DNA of 62,289 nt, filler included, from Globobulimina sp. (taxonomy: Eukaryota), in NCBI GenBank assembly GCA_003354225.1. It is 17 parts of 17 records of this genome, joined end to end, with 100 filler letters (N's around TTAATTAATTAA, not from the genome) between each part and the next. Parts side by side here need not be neighbours in the genome. Positions count along the whole stretch, not along the records: positions 47,724 to 51,290 come from PIVH01002488.1; positions 51,391 to 54,957 come from PIVH01002489.1; positions 55,058 to 58,623 come from PIVH01002490.1; positions 58,724 to 62,289 come from PIVH01002491.1; 13 more parts are not named here. The stretch is one strand, 5' to 3'. The position numbers were made by a program, and so were the translations under genes. Numbering within the stretch: position 1 is the first letter of the stretch; each line of letters begins with the position of its first letter. Positions 49,943 through 60,769 of this stretch are shown piece after piece. Below the pieces are notes generated by a model that was given only the letters and a program-made list of their open reading frames with translations, was not told the origin of the DNA and ran no database searches.

Positions 49943-50348
49943 GTTCCATGTATGTTAAAAGGGGCCGGTACCGTTTTTAATGCAATAAAAAAAAGTGGTA
50001 TCTAATCTATTTGCTTAAATAAAATTCGATCATAAACATACACTCTCAAACATAAAGTCAACAAAAATGACAAACAAAAAAGAAAATTTTTATGTGTAAA
50101 ATAATACGTAGAAGTAATAATATTAAAATTTAGTCAATCATAAACATAAACATACACTCAGACAGTCAACAAAAAAGAAAACAAACAAAAAAATTTGTAA
50201 AAGAAATGCTTGTGTAAAATAATAAAGAAATATTAAAAGAAAAACAATGCAATAATATAATAGAAATATATAAAAAATAAAACAACTTTTATAATACACA
50301 AAGCAATTCACAAAAACGCTAAAAAAGTAATGTTACTTTGTAAAAATA

Positions 50349-51290
50349 TTATTTTGTAAATATGTTATCTGTAATTGAAGAGTCGCTATCTGCACCAGAT
50401 TCTGCTTCGACAATCACATCGATATTTAAGTGTTCTGCGCCATCTACATTTATTGGTATAGTTGTCGCAAATTCAAGACCATCAATGCCATCATGTTCCA
50501 CATTTGAGGTTGTTTTGACTTTGTTGTATGATATCTTATGCTGCTTTTTGTTTTTGCTTCCATTGATTATACAACATTTATATTTAAGAAATAATAACAT
50601 AATGACAACAAATAACGAAGCAATTGCTATGCAACCAATAATTAAGAATGTCCTCGTTTCGTCATTTACAACAACTAACTTTTTAACAGTGCCGGTGTTA
50701 TCATATGTATCCAATGGAACAGATGTTGAGTTGATGTGTGTATCTGTATCATCGCTCGCTGATATTGATGGAACTGGAACAGGTGAAGCAGCTGTTTGAT
50801 CATTGCTTGCCTGCAAATCTGAAATACTATGATATATATTACCTGCTGTTGTACTTGTACTCGCATGTAAATATGTGGTGGGTGATAAGGTTGATTCAGT
50901 CGTTGTTGGATTCACTGAATTGTTGTAGGTGCTGTATTGACGCAGATATAAACAACAAAACAAAACCTGTTGATGCAGCAGAACCGGCTGGATTCACTGT
51001 TGACGTTTATGTTTATAATTATTACCATTATTTCACGCATTTCAGCAATATTAAATTATATATATACCTGTGCTAGTTGTGTGATACAGCGATGATACAC
51101 TTGGAACGTTTGTAGTTAAATATGATGGATTTATGCGTGGATCCGGATTCGATGTAGGATTCACAGTCTCAAAATCTATTGGCTCATTGGTTGCTGTTGT
51201 AAATGACGTACATGTTTGTGTGAAGGTGATATATACAGAAACAACAACGAATTTTTACATGAAACCGAAATCAGTAACACAAATGAAATG
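50349..51290 (-). CDS. Tandem paralog of the upstream gene's 3' part (stalk, TM, cytoplasmic tail), 5' partial
   Basis: SLFVVIMLLFLKYKCCIIN..SYNKV..DGLEFATTIPINVDG matches 47768-48184. Confidence 0.8.
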
Positions 51291-51390
51291 NNNNNNNNNN
51301 NNNNNNNNNNNNNNNNNNNNNNNNNNNNNNNNNNTTAATTAATTAANNNNNNNNNNNNNNNNNNNNNNNNNNNNNNNNNNNNNNNNNNNN

Positions 51391-53991
51391 TTACAAAATA
51401 CACAATTATCCTCGCAACAATTAATGCAATTATATCAACAGCAGCAGCAGCAGCAGCAACAAAGGGTAATATACCATGTTCAACACGAGAATTATTATCA
51501 AATAAATGTAGGCACTCCAACGGTGAGTAACAGTCCAAATAATAACAATAATAACAGGAGAAAAACCGCACAAAGTTTACCAAATAAACAAATGCGCGAC
51601 GCAACGAAACAATATGTGCAGCAACAACAACAACAACGAGCGGATAAATCCATATCTGAATTAAAAGATGATTGTAGCAATGACAAGAGTACCACAAATG
51701 TATCAAATAGTAACTCAAAGGAGGATATCCCTGCTTTATCGGACCATTACCCGTCTGGACAAACTTCAAATACAGAAACTTCAGATATATCGGATAATAA
51801 TAATCAGCAAAATAACAATAAAGCAGCCGTTCAGTTACGTATTGCTGTGGATCAGATTGCCGCCGGTTTACCGCCTCCAAATATACCATCCATATATAAT
51901 CAACAAATGTATCCTCGTGCTCATATGCAACAAATGGGTTCGCAGACTCCGCCTCGTCCGCAACTATCGCAATTATCACAAGTCTCACAGAACAATCATG
52001 TGCGATCACAGTCTCTTGCTACCTTTTCAAATACAGCCGCTGCAATACCAAAACAAAGAGAATTTAACCAATTATCGCCCATTAATACAAGTCAGGCCAT
52101 TCGGACATTGCAACGACAACATGCAATACCACACAATAGGAATAAACCAAACGCATATCCAGATATTGAACAGCAGCAATGTTCGCCAGTGGTAATCACA
52201 CCGGTTACAGTGACTGCCGCTGATCAAAATAATATGAATGCAGCCATGATGGGACATTCATTTTTGAACAGGGGCTTACAGACAGTGCCTGAGTTGAGAG
52301 AAGAACCTCATTATTCACCATATTCCTCTCGGCAACAAAACTCATTAAATTCACCGATATACAGTATCAATGGCTCCACTGTTGGTATGACCCAATATAT
52401 GCATTCCGAGTCACCAACAACTTCATTAAGTACCAGCACATTAATTACGCCCAAAATTACTCCCTCGGGGCATACCATTAGTTCAAATCCGCCATTTTTC
52501 AGTCCCACAGATCATTCCCTATCATACATTGATGGATATCACTCGCCAGCCTCTCCATTAATGATGCAAACCGTATATGAGGAGCAACAGCAACAATATT
52601 CCGCATGGACACCACAAACACCACAGACTCCTCAGACTCCGCGAACCCCACTCACTCCGCAAACACCAATAACACCAATTTATAATATAAACAACAATGG
52701 TGTGAATAATATGAATAATATAAATAATAATTACCAGATTAAACAGATTCATGTCGGTTTAGCGCCGCAACATCAACGTGCTCCGACACCCATTAATGTG
52801 CAAAAACTCATGTTACATTCAAATAATAATAGTTTAAATATCGCCCAAAATAATTTAATTCGCAGTCAATTATTAGATACACAAGCATTGATGGATAGCA
52901 ATGCAAGTAATTGGAGTAATTTAAGTGTGACACACTCTCACTCGCACTCATCACGCCCATCTGATGAGATCTATACATTAGGTTTTATTAATACCGATGG
53001 CGAATACGTGCCATCTTTAGTCGAATTTCTGTCAAATGATTTATCAAAAAAAGATGGAATAATTTGTTTAGATTTGAATGCAGTTCGTTCTCGATCCTCG
53101 TCCATGGCATCCACACCACAGACTGCACAGAGATATTCCCATTCTCTTAAACCAAGCGATGATATGCAAGGCATGATATTTAATGCAAATCAGATCTATC
53201 ATCCGATCCAATTAAGCAATGATACATTGACACCCTTTACGCCATCACCATTTACAGCGCCCAATGCAAATATGAATGACTCATTTTCTGCGCATGCAAA
53301 TAAATTGGATAAGACCTCCACCAAATCGAGCAGTAAGTCGAATAGTAACAAGTCGAGCAGTAATAATAAATCCCGATCCGGTACGCCAATACATCTGAAA
53401 CATGGTTCAATACATCTTGCCGCGCCCCATAATGATTTAGATGCGTTGGTAATATTTGAGCCAGTAAAGACATTTGAAATATTAGATTTATATCGATCTG
53501 GAACCAAAGATGATGCATTTATCACTATCCGCGTGCAATTTGAGAAAACGTTACAAAATGCGTTTTTAGGCTGTGTGAAATATTTAAAACATAGAATAAA
53601 ACACACCGTCTCGCAGATGAAATATGTATTTTTTGTGACCTTTGCAATGCCAAATCCGACCAATGATGTTAGCTCAATATGGTACGAGTTGTGTCAAGCG
53701 CGAATGGAGCATATTACAAATACTGTCAATCAATGTCGCGCCTTATGTGAACAAAGTAAAATGGAATTTTTTAGTTGTATTACCCCAATCGATCCCACCT
53801 CATTTTCAGATAAAACTCCCTCTTCCAATGAAGGCGATATTTATTCCAATAATGATGATTTTTTAGCAAATTATCACTTTCCAAATTATCAATCTTATCA
53901 ATCGTATTTACCCTTTAAAAATAGAATTGAATTATCACAATGTATTAGAAAAACACTTAAATCACAAATTAGTTTCGAAAATGATAAATAA
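51391..53991 (+). CDS. Large Q/N/S/P-rich low-complexity protein with globular C-terminal domain
   Basis: 855-aa ORF; TPQ repeats at ~52610-52675. Confidence 0.8.
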   Translation, partial: LQNTQLSSQQLMQLYQQQQQQQQQRVIYHVQHENYYQINVGTPTVSNSPNNNNNNRRKTAQSLPNKQMRDATKQYVQQQQQQRADKSISELKDDCSNDKSTTNVSNSNSKEDIPALSDHYPSGQTSNTETSDISDNNNQQNNNKAAVQLRIAVDQIAAGLPPPNIPSIYNQQMYPRAHMQQMGSQTPPRPQLSQLSQVSQNNHVRSQSLATFSNTAAAIPKQREFNQLSPINTSQAIRTLQRQHAIPHNRNKPNAYPDIEQQQCSPVVITPVTVTAADQNNMNAAMMGHSFLNRGLQTVPELREEPHYSPYSSRQQNSLNSPIYSINGSTVGMTQYMHSESPTTSLSTSTLITPKITPSGHTISSNPPFFSPTDHSLSYIDGYHSPASPLMMQTVYEEQQQQYSAWTPQTPQTPQTPRTPLTPQTPITPIYNINNNGVNNMNNINNNYQIKQIHVGLAPQHQRAPTPINVQKLMLHSNNNSLNIAQNNLIRSQLLDTQALMDSNASNWSNLSVTHSHSHSSRPSDEIYTLGFINTDGEYVPSLVEFLSNDLSKKDGIICLDLNAVRSRSSSMASTPQTAQRYSHSLKPSDDMQGMIFNANQIYHPIQLSNDTLTPFTPSPFTAPNANMNDSFSAHANKLDKTSTKSSSKSNSNKSSSNNKSRSGTPIHLKHGSIHLAAPHNDLDALVIFEPVKTFEILDLYRSGTKDDAFITIRVQFEKTLQNAFLGCVKYLKHRIKHTVSQMKYVFFVTFAMPNPTNDVSSIWYELCQARMEHITNTVNQCRALCEQSKMEFFSCITPIDPTSFSDKTPSSNEGDIYSNNDDFLANYHFPNYQSYQSYLPFKNRIELSQCIRKTLKSQISFENDK

Positions 53992-54578
53992 TTCCAAATA
54001 ACCACATCGTAGAATATATTCCAACATGTCTTTTTCCTCTATATTACTAAATACATATCATATCATATTATATTATGTGCATTAACACATTCGAGATCGC
54101 GATAAAATGTAGAATTAAGTTATTCAATTTTTTTTTTGATTGATTGTCGTTTGTTATATATTTTTATTTTTTTTCTGTTTGAATATATATTCTGTCTCGT
54201 TAGTTTTTTGTTTGTCAATGTTATGAAAAATTGATTCCTTATGTTTTTCATTCTGCGCATCATTATCAATCGATACTGGTGTTGGTGATGATGATGATGG
54301 TAAAAACAATATAAATCCAATTGTATAAATTAGAGCGAATAGCAGTAATAAAAAGTATTGATTTCGAAAGTTACAAAAGGAAGTGATTACTGGTTGACTG
54401 ATCATAAAACACATATTCATACTTAACAGATAATATGCAAAGATACATACTTGTTTCTTTGTCTTCTAGAGAACATTTCAACAACTGAGCGTTGATGATA
54501 AACTACTTCATGATGTTGGCTGCCATTGTTTGTGGTTAGATAATTAAAATTAAGCTTGAAAAACCTGGCAAGATCAGA

Positions 54579-54957
54579 ATGACCAACTCAACTAAAGCTC
54601 TACAAACATATGAACAACTGATTAATATGGGATTCAATGAAGACGTTAGCATGATTGTAGCCTGTAAATATGACGGAAACCTACATGACTGCATCAACCA
54701 TATTCAACAAACAGCCGACAAAAAAGACAACACGGTAATATACGTACACTATGTTTTTTATTTCATTTATTATTATAATGTATATGCTGAAAAGGATCAA
54801 GTTGGAGGTAATTGTAAATGGAGTTGGCAATCAAATAAAGGAAACTATATACCATATGACAGCACAGATTGTAATGGAATAGAAAAATGGCCTTCCTTTT
54901 TAGTGATCAAACATTTCATTATCACAATCAAAGGAGAAAAAATGAATCACTCAAAAC
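54579..54957 (+). CDS. UBA-like plus WWE-like domain fragment, 3' partial
   Basis: QLINMGF..A..CINHI; KWSWQSNKGNYIPYD..IE. Confidence 0.6.
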
Positions 54958-55078
54958 NNNNNNNNNNNNNNNNNNNNNNNNNNNNNNNNNNNNNNNNNNN
55001 NTTAATTAATTAANNNNNNNNNNNNNNNNNNNNNNNNNNNNNNNNNNNNNNNNNNNNTATTGTACGCAATAAAAGTCA

Positions 55079-55290
55079 CTCCTATTACAAGATTGTATAC
55101 AATTTTCCTCCTATTACAAAATTGTATACAATTTTCCTCCTATTACAAGATTGTATACAATTTTCCTCCTATTACAAAATTGTATACAATTTATTTTAAG
55201 CAATAAAGGGCCCTCCTATTACAAAATTGTATACAATTTATTGTAGTCAATAAAGGGCTCTCCTATTACGAAATTGTATACAATTTATTG
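55079..55290. repeat. Tandem array of six palindrome-containing units
   Basis: CTCCTATTAC(A/G)A(A/G)ATTGTATACAATTT starting at 55079, 55108, 55137, 55166, 55213, 55260. Confidence 0.95.
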
Positions 55291-55514
55291 TGTTCAATTT
55301 TACAAGCAGCCTAAACCGCCCACGCACAAACGGCCTAGAAACACACCCAGAGAGGCCTAAAGAGTTTAAATCAAAGAAACTATCCTTTTATTAATTGAAA
55401 AATATTACGACAGTAAATTGAAGAACCTATCTTTTACACAAAGTAACTATGTTACAAGACATCAATATTTAAAAAAATATCTAATTTGGAAGTCGTGGAA
55501 ATGACATAGATCAG

Positions 55515-56129
55515 TTAATATAATGCTGCTGCATATAGAGCCTTAATTTTGTTATTAACTTCCACACACTTCTTGCATAACATAAACTGTAGACTAAGCT
55601 TATCATTAAGTTTAAAAGGTTTCAATGTTTTAGAAAGTCGAAAGCAACTGCCACACATGTAAATTTGATAAGATAGTTGAGGTTGCCCGATATTAATCAG
55701 TTGAATATTGTTTGTTTCATTGACAGTTGTAGATTTAGTCATTGGTGTTATTTGAACCTTTGACATTGTTTGTGTTCCTACATCTGATGTAGTTTCTGAC
55801 ATTTCTTCAATCTTTTCCACCTTTTCACATTCTTTGTTTGATGTCTGAACAAATGCAGCTTTTGGTGGTTCTGTTCTGTTGTCTCTTACAACTGTTGTTT
55901 TATTATTATCGATTCTCTTTTTGACCTGTTGTTCTAATTTTTTTCTTATGTCCTTCGGACGAAGCCCCAATCTGGCATAAAATTTCGTTTTGTGTCCTTT
56001 TGATTTCAAATGGTTTTCCATGTGAGCCGATGTTTTGAACATCTGTGAACATATTTTGCAACTATGCATTTTGTGAATTTTTTTAATTTCTTTCTCTTCA
56101 CTCGACATCTTTCGTTTTCTACTAACCAT
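55515..56129 (-). CDS. Zinc-finger protein (C2H2/matrin-like plus C-terminal C4)
   Basis: CKICSQMFKTSAHMENHLKSKGH; CGSC..LCKKC; basic N-terminus; intronless. Confidence 0.8.
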   Translation of the reverse strand: MVSRKRKMSSEEKEIKKIHKMHSCKICSQMFKTSAHMENHLKSKGHKTKFYARLGLRPKDIRKKLEQQVKKRIDNNKTTVVRDNRTEPPKAAFVQTSNKECEKVEKIEEMSETTSDVGTQTMSKVQITPMTKSTTVNETNNIQLINIGQPQLSYQIYMCGSCFRLSKTLKPFKLNDKLSLQFMLCKKCVEVNNKIKALYAAALY

Positions 56130-56569
56130 TTTAGGTTACACAAAGAAAGTAAATATAAAACTCAATTTATATTACAAAAATAGTGTGTAAATTAATGTTT
56201 TCAATCTCCTACTATGAAATTGAAGACAATTTATTTTACACAATAAAAGGTCTTCTTACTACGAAATTGCATATTACACCTTTTGACACCCTTTCTTTCA
56301 GAAACTAAAAGAATTTCCTTTACAACATAATGCATAATAACTAGCACTAAGTTGCACAGCACTATGTTTTTGTTTTATTCAAAATAATGTTTTTATAAAC
56401 TTCTAGCGAGATAGTTTCCTTTGTCTTCCATTTTCCAGTACGCAATGCTTAATATGCAAATTAGCGGAAGCGTGGGAGGCCCCCTGATACAATAATTTGC
56501 ATATTACACGTGGCATACCACATAGTCATGTATACCTATACTGTATCCAAAGAATCGTATTATTCAAAT

Positions 56570-57340
56570 GACTGAATCATATGATTCAATTGATTCATTC
56601 TAATGAATCATTTGAATCATTGTAATGAATCATATGATTCAAATGATTCAAATGATTCATGGAGCATATTCCATATATGTTTGGGTGCCATCCACCTTTT
56701 ATCCAACATTGTAACTGCCGCGATTTAGTCATTTGGTTAGATTGTAGCGGTTCCACAGTTGACCAACTGTTTTCATATATATCCTCACATAAAAGTCTGT
56801 GATTTGACAATTTCTAGAAAAATCGTTTAACCTATCGTTTTCCTAAGTATTTCGAAAAATGCCTAGCAACTGATTGGCAACAAGGCTTGTCTTCTGATTG
56901 GTTGAGTTATCAAAAGGGGGCGGGGCATATGTTGTAAGAAGACGAATCGCACCATTCCGCTGTCGACAAAGTGATTTCGTATACTTTTCGAAAACATGAA
57001 AGTCTCTGATTGGATGGATATAGTTTTCCTATGTATTTTCGAAAAAGGCTAGCATCTGTTTAGCTACAAGGCCTGACTTCTGATTGGCAGAGTTATAAAA
57101 GGTGTGAGGCATAAGTAGTATGAAGACCAAAGGACTTCCAATGAATCATATGAATCATATGAATCATTGTATTGAATCAATTGAATCATATGATTCATTC
57201 CAACGAATCATTTGAATCATTCCAATGAATCATTTGAATCATTGTAATGAATCATATGATTCAAATGATTCAAATGATTCATGGAGCATATTATGGACTG
57301 TACATATATTTGGGTGCCATCCATCTTTTATCCAAACTTT
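56570..57340 (+). repeat. Direct partial duplications of a module with TGAATCA/TGATTCA microrepeats and CTGATTGG boxes
   Basis: 56592-56705 recurs at ~57215-57335; 56830-56930 recurs at ~57020-57120. Confidence 0.9.
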
Positions 57341-57350
57341 TTATGAATCA

Positions 57351-57382
57351 GGTATAAATATGAGGAGCATAGTTGTGACAGT
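57351..57382 (+). promoter_or_regulatory. TATA box plus CAGT initiator-like motif
   Basis: TATAAATA at 57353, CAGT at 57379, ATG at 57424; AATAAA at ~58097 after the stop. Confidence 0.55.
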
Positions 57383-57423
57383 ATAGTGTAAGTAATAGCG
57401 GTTTTTATATATTTCAACACAAA

Positions 57424-58059
57424 ATGGCTAACTCAAAAATGTGCAGATATTGCAATAGGACGTTTTCTTCCAGTTCAAATCGACATCGCCATGAAGTATA
57501 CTTTCACCGTCAGGACAATGATAATGTTTATAACAATTCCCCAGATGAAGAGGTAATGGAGAGTGAAGGTCAAATAGAAGATTATTCCAACAGCGACATT
57601 TCTAGTAATGATGACGATGACAAAAATGATTCCGATTCCGAGAGCGAACAAGATATAGATGATGATGGTGACAAAGAACATTGGGCTAGCCTAATTAGAG
57701 AAACGTGTCAAGATGTAAAAGATCAAATCAGGACCGCCGACCTGATTTTTCGCGAACCGTTCTTCAGCACATTTTTGGAAACACTCCTTTCAAACCTGAA
57801 TGATCGACTCAAATTTGCAGATTATATGAAATATAAAGATAAAGTTTATTCCAAGATAGCCCAAACTGCTGACAAGTATACGGAAGACCAACTTTTAGAT
57901 GGCGATGAAGCTTTTGAAAAAGCCTGGAATGATAGAAAGTTTCTATTAAAAAATATCCTTCGGAATTACTATAAAGTAATCGAAGATGAGTTTGCAAATG
58001 ACAATGAGGATAATGAAGAGGATGACAATGAGTCTGTACCCTCTCAAGAATTTCAGTGA
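57424..58059 (+). CDS. C2H2 zinc-finger protein with acidic tracts and a helical C-terminal domain
   Basis: CRYCNRTFSSSSNRHRHEVYFH; intronless. Confidence 0.85.
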   Translation: MANSKMCRYCNRTFSSSSNRHRHEVYFHRQDNDNVYNNSPDEEVMESEGQIEDYSNSDISSNDDDDKNDSDSESEQDIDDDGDKEHWASLIRETCQDVKDQIRTADLIFREPFFSTFLETLLSNLNDRLKFADYMKYKDKVYSKIAQTADKYTEDQLLDGDEAFEKAWNDRKFLLKNILRNYYKVIEDEFANDNEDNEEDDNESVPSQEFQ

Positions 58060-58219
58060 TTTAGTTGTTGGTTACCTACTGTTCTGCATTACATACAATA
58101 AAAAATGCTTCAAAATTGTCTTTTACATCACTCCCAAATCTCTTTGTATCCGTGCCTTTTTTCGATTGTGACGAATAATGTTTCACATAAAGCATAAATT
58201 GCACAAACGAACCAATAGT

Positions 58220-58623
58220 TTGAATCATATGATTCATTTGATTCATTGGAAGTCCTTTAGTTTCATAGTACTTAATACCCCGCATCTTTTATAACTCAGC
58301 CAATCAGAAGTCAGGCCTTGTAGCCAATCAGATGCTAGCCTTTTTTCGAAAATGCATAGGAAAACGATAGGTTCAACGATTTTTCTAGAAATTGTCCAAT
58401 CAGAGCCTTTTATGTGAGGATATATATATATGAAAACAGCTGGTCAATTGTGGAAGCACTCCAATCTAACCAATTGACTAATTGGCGGCAGTTACAATGT
58501 TGGATAAAAGATGGATGGCACCTAAATATATGTACGGACCATAATACGCTCCATGAATCATTTGAATCATTTGAATCATATGATTCATTACAATGATTCA
58601 AATGATTCATTGGAATGAATCGT
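58220..58623 (-). repeat. Inverted copy of the 56592-57180 module
   Basis: Reverse complement shares GGTGCCATCCA, TTTTATCCAACATTGTAACTGCCG, TTTCTAGAAAAATCGTT, CTTCTGATTGG. Confidence 0.93.
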
Positions 58624-58723
58624 NNNNNNNNNNNNNNNNNNNNNNNNNNNNNNNNNNNNNNNNNNNNTTAATTAATTAANNNNNNNNNNNNNNNNNNNNN
58701 NNNNNNNNNNNNNNNNNNNNNNN

Positions 58724-60466
58724 AAACATGTGATTGTTAAGAATGGCATATTGGGCTTATCGTCGCATCATAACATCCATGGACATTATAATCATGATAT
58801 ATTGATTGAAAATATCCACTGTCGTGATTTTGAAACACATGGGATTCAATTGAATGGATTTGATGGCATTGTTCTAAAAAACATAGAGATTGGTCCATCA
58901 TCGACAAAAGCATACTTACGCGGCTCTTTTGGGCACGCTTTGAATCTGTTACCTCGCTTACAACAAATCGCAGATGCAATGAGTGAGGAAAAGGAGACTC
59001 AGAATAAGAAAATAAGATTTTATGGACGGGACAAATCCGTCTCTATCCAGGATATTTACGACGAGCTGAAGGCACAGTTATGGTCGATATTTTTGTACGT
59101 AATGACTGGTGAGAATAGGCCGAATGAGCAGGTCTTGTCGACATTTTATAACCCGTCGGGTCTGCCAGCTGGCGCAGGAATGTATGGTATTTTTTTGAAT
59201 ACAGTGGGTGCCTCAGTGCTGACCTACAACTTACAAACCTCGACCTATTCCAACAATGCGTTGTTAGATAACATCTGGATCCATGATTTGCAGCATTCCA
59301 TGATAGAATTCATCCGCATGGGTGTACCAAACAGCGGCTCTATTTATTTAAATGCGTTGCATGGCTGCTTAGATGCGAGGGATCTGTTAAATAATATTGA
59401 TGGCATTGGCGAGGACGGCTACAGAGCCACTTACAAAGGCAATATATTGACAGATGCGAGCATTGCGATGGAGTATTTTAGCAACAATTGGGATATATTG
59501 CAGTCGTCGTTGATATGGCACGAGAAATTGTTTCCGTGGGTGTTTGGGGAAAGTGATGGTTTTGTGGATTTGGGTGAGTTTAATATTGGGTGCAATGGGG
59601 ATGCGCAGGTCCACGCTGCCAAAGGCTTGACGGGTATCCGTGTGGATGGTGTGAATAATGTGCAATTGGAAGGAATCAGAATCAGTCAGTTATCAGAGGT
59701 CACCCCGCCGGGCACGGAGTTGTGTGGTCGGTATACGTCATTTAATAGAGATTGTGTGGGGAAATGTGGTGGTCATATTCGGCAAAAAGAACCGATGCAA
59801 GTTGGATTTAGTGGGCATAATTTGCAGGGAATCTGTTTAAATGCTGCGAGAAATGTGAGGGTCGGTAAAATAAATATTGAGCATTTGAAGTCGTTGTATG
59901 GTTTAACGTATGGGATATCAATATGGCCATCGGTTGATATCATATTTACGAAAAATATCCAAATTAAACATTTATTGGCCGGTGTTGATTATAAAAAAAA
60001 GCGTGATGGTAATTATCCAAATAGGTTGCCTGAAGTATGTGGGATAAGAGTTGTAGAGGAATATTATTCGGATACTGCAGATAAAATATATAAATCAACT
60101 GTAAAATTTAAAAATAGTGATATATTAATTGCAAATGTTGATGGCTATAAAACCTGTTATGTTGACTCAAACGATGATGATTATTATGATAATGGAAGAC
60201 CAAAAGATGACGATTTACGATATTCAATGATTGGGACATTTGTAGGATATACATCGGGATTTGATGGTATTGGCAAATTTGGAATATTGTATCGTCAAAG
60301 GAACAAACAAATAAATAAAAAATCTCCATTCGTTGCAATTTTTTGTGTTATCATTCTAATTGCAATGTTATTTGGAAAGTATTTTCGTTTTAATATTCGT
60401 AAATTTTTATGTGGTTTTATTTTTAGTCCTCATAAGACGACAGAATTAACACCATTATTGTTGTGA
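58724..60466 (+). CDS. Parallel beta-helix (pectin-lyase-like) membrane protein, 5' partial
   Basis: ILIENIHCRDFETHGIQLNG, GIFLN, GIRVDGVNNVQLEGIRI repeats; C-terminal TM and ELTPLLL dileucine-like motif. Confidence 0.7.
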   Translation, partial: KHVIVKNGILGLSSHHNIHGHYNHDILIENIHCRDFETHGIQLNGFDGIVLKNIEIGPSSTKAYLRGSFGHALNLLPRLQQIADAMSEEKETQNKKIRFYGRDKSVSIQDIYDELKAQLWSIFLYVMTGENRPNEQVLSTFYNPSGLPAGAGMYGIFLNTVGASVLTYNLQTSTYSNNALLDNIWIHDLQHSMIEFIRMGVPNSGSIYLNALHGCLDARDLLNNIDGIGEDGYRATYKGNILTDASIAMEYFSNNWDILQSSLIWHEKLFPWVFGESDGFVDLGEFNIGCNGDAQVHAAKGLTGIRVDGVNNVQLEGIRISQLSEVTPPGTELCGRYTSFNRDCVGKCGGHIRQKEPMQVGFSGHNLQGICLNAARNVRVGKINIEHLKSLYGLTYGISIWPSVDIIFTKNIQIKHLLAGVDYKKKRDGNYPNRLPEVCGIRVVEEYYSDTADKIYKSTVKFKNSDILIANVDGYKTCYVDSNDDDYYDNGRPKDDDLRYSMIGTFVGYTSGFDGIGKFGILYRQRNKQINKKSPFVAIFCVIILIAMLFGKYFRFNIRKFLCGFIFSPHKTTELTPLLL

Positions 60467-60769
60467 CTGTTCGTGTATTGTGTTTTCTTTTATTTTGTCC
60501 TTTCAAGGATACTCGAATCGCTTTAAGTCGAAGCAATAGTTTTTGTATCACACTTCTGTGAGGTATAAAATATCGCAGTTGTTTGCATGTAAACAAATTT
60601 TGTAAATGTATAATACGGGCATTAATAATGGCGATAGTAATGGTGATGATGTCTTAAAGAAAGCAGCTTATGAACAAGATTTGGGTTCAAATCCCAATCA
60701 TTTAGCAGTTCAAATGTCAGCAGTTCAAATGTCACTTTTTTTTCATCTTCATTTAAATTTTACAAATTA

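Noticed and set aside
55079-55290. Possible CRISPR array
   Set aside because: Units are head-to-tail with no unique spacers, and no cas genes are present.
56595-58610. Small ORFs 56595-56810, 58410-58610 and 58414-58596 that resemble each other
   Set aside because: They are translations of the repeated non-coding module.
3575-58723. Regularly spaced TTAATTAATTAA motif
   Set aside because: Artificial linker. Adjacency across linkers and ORFs ending in X..LIN have no biological meaning.
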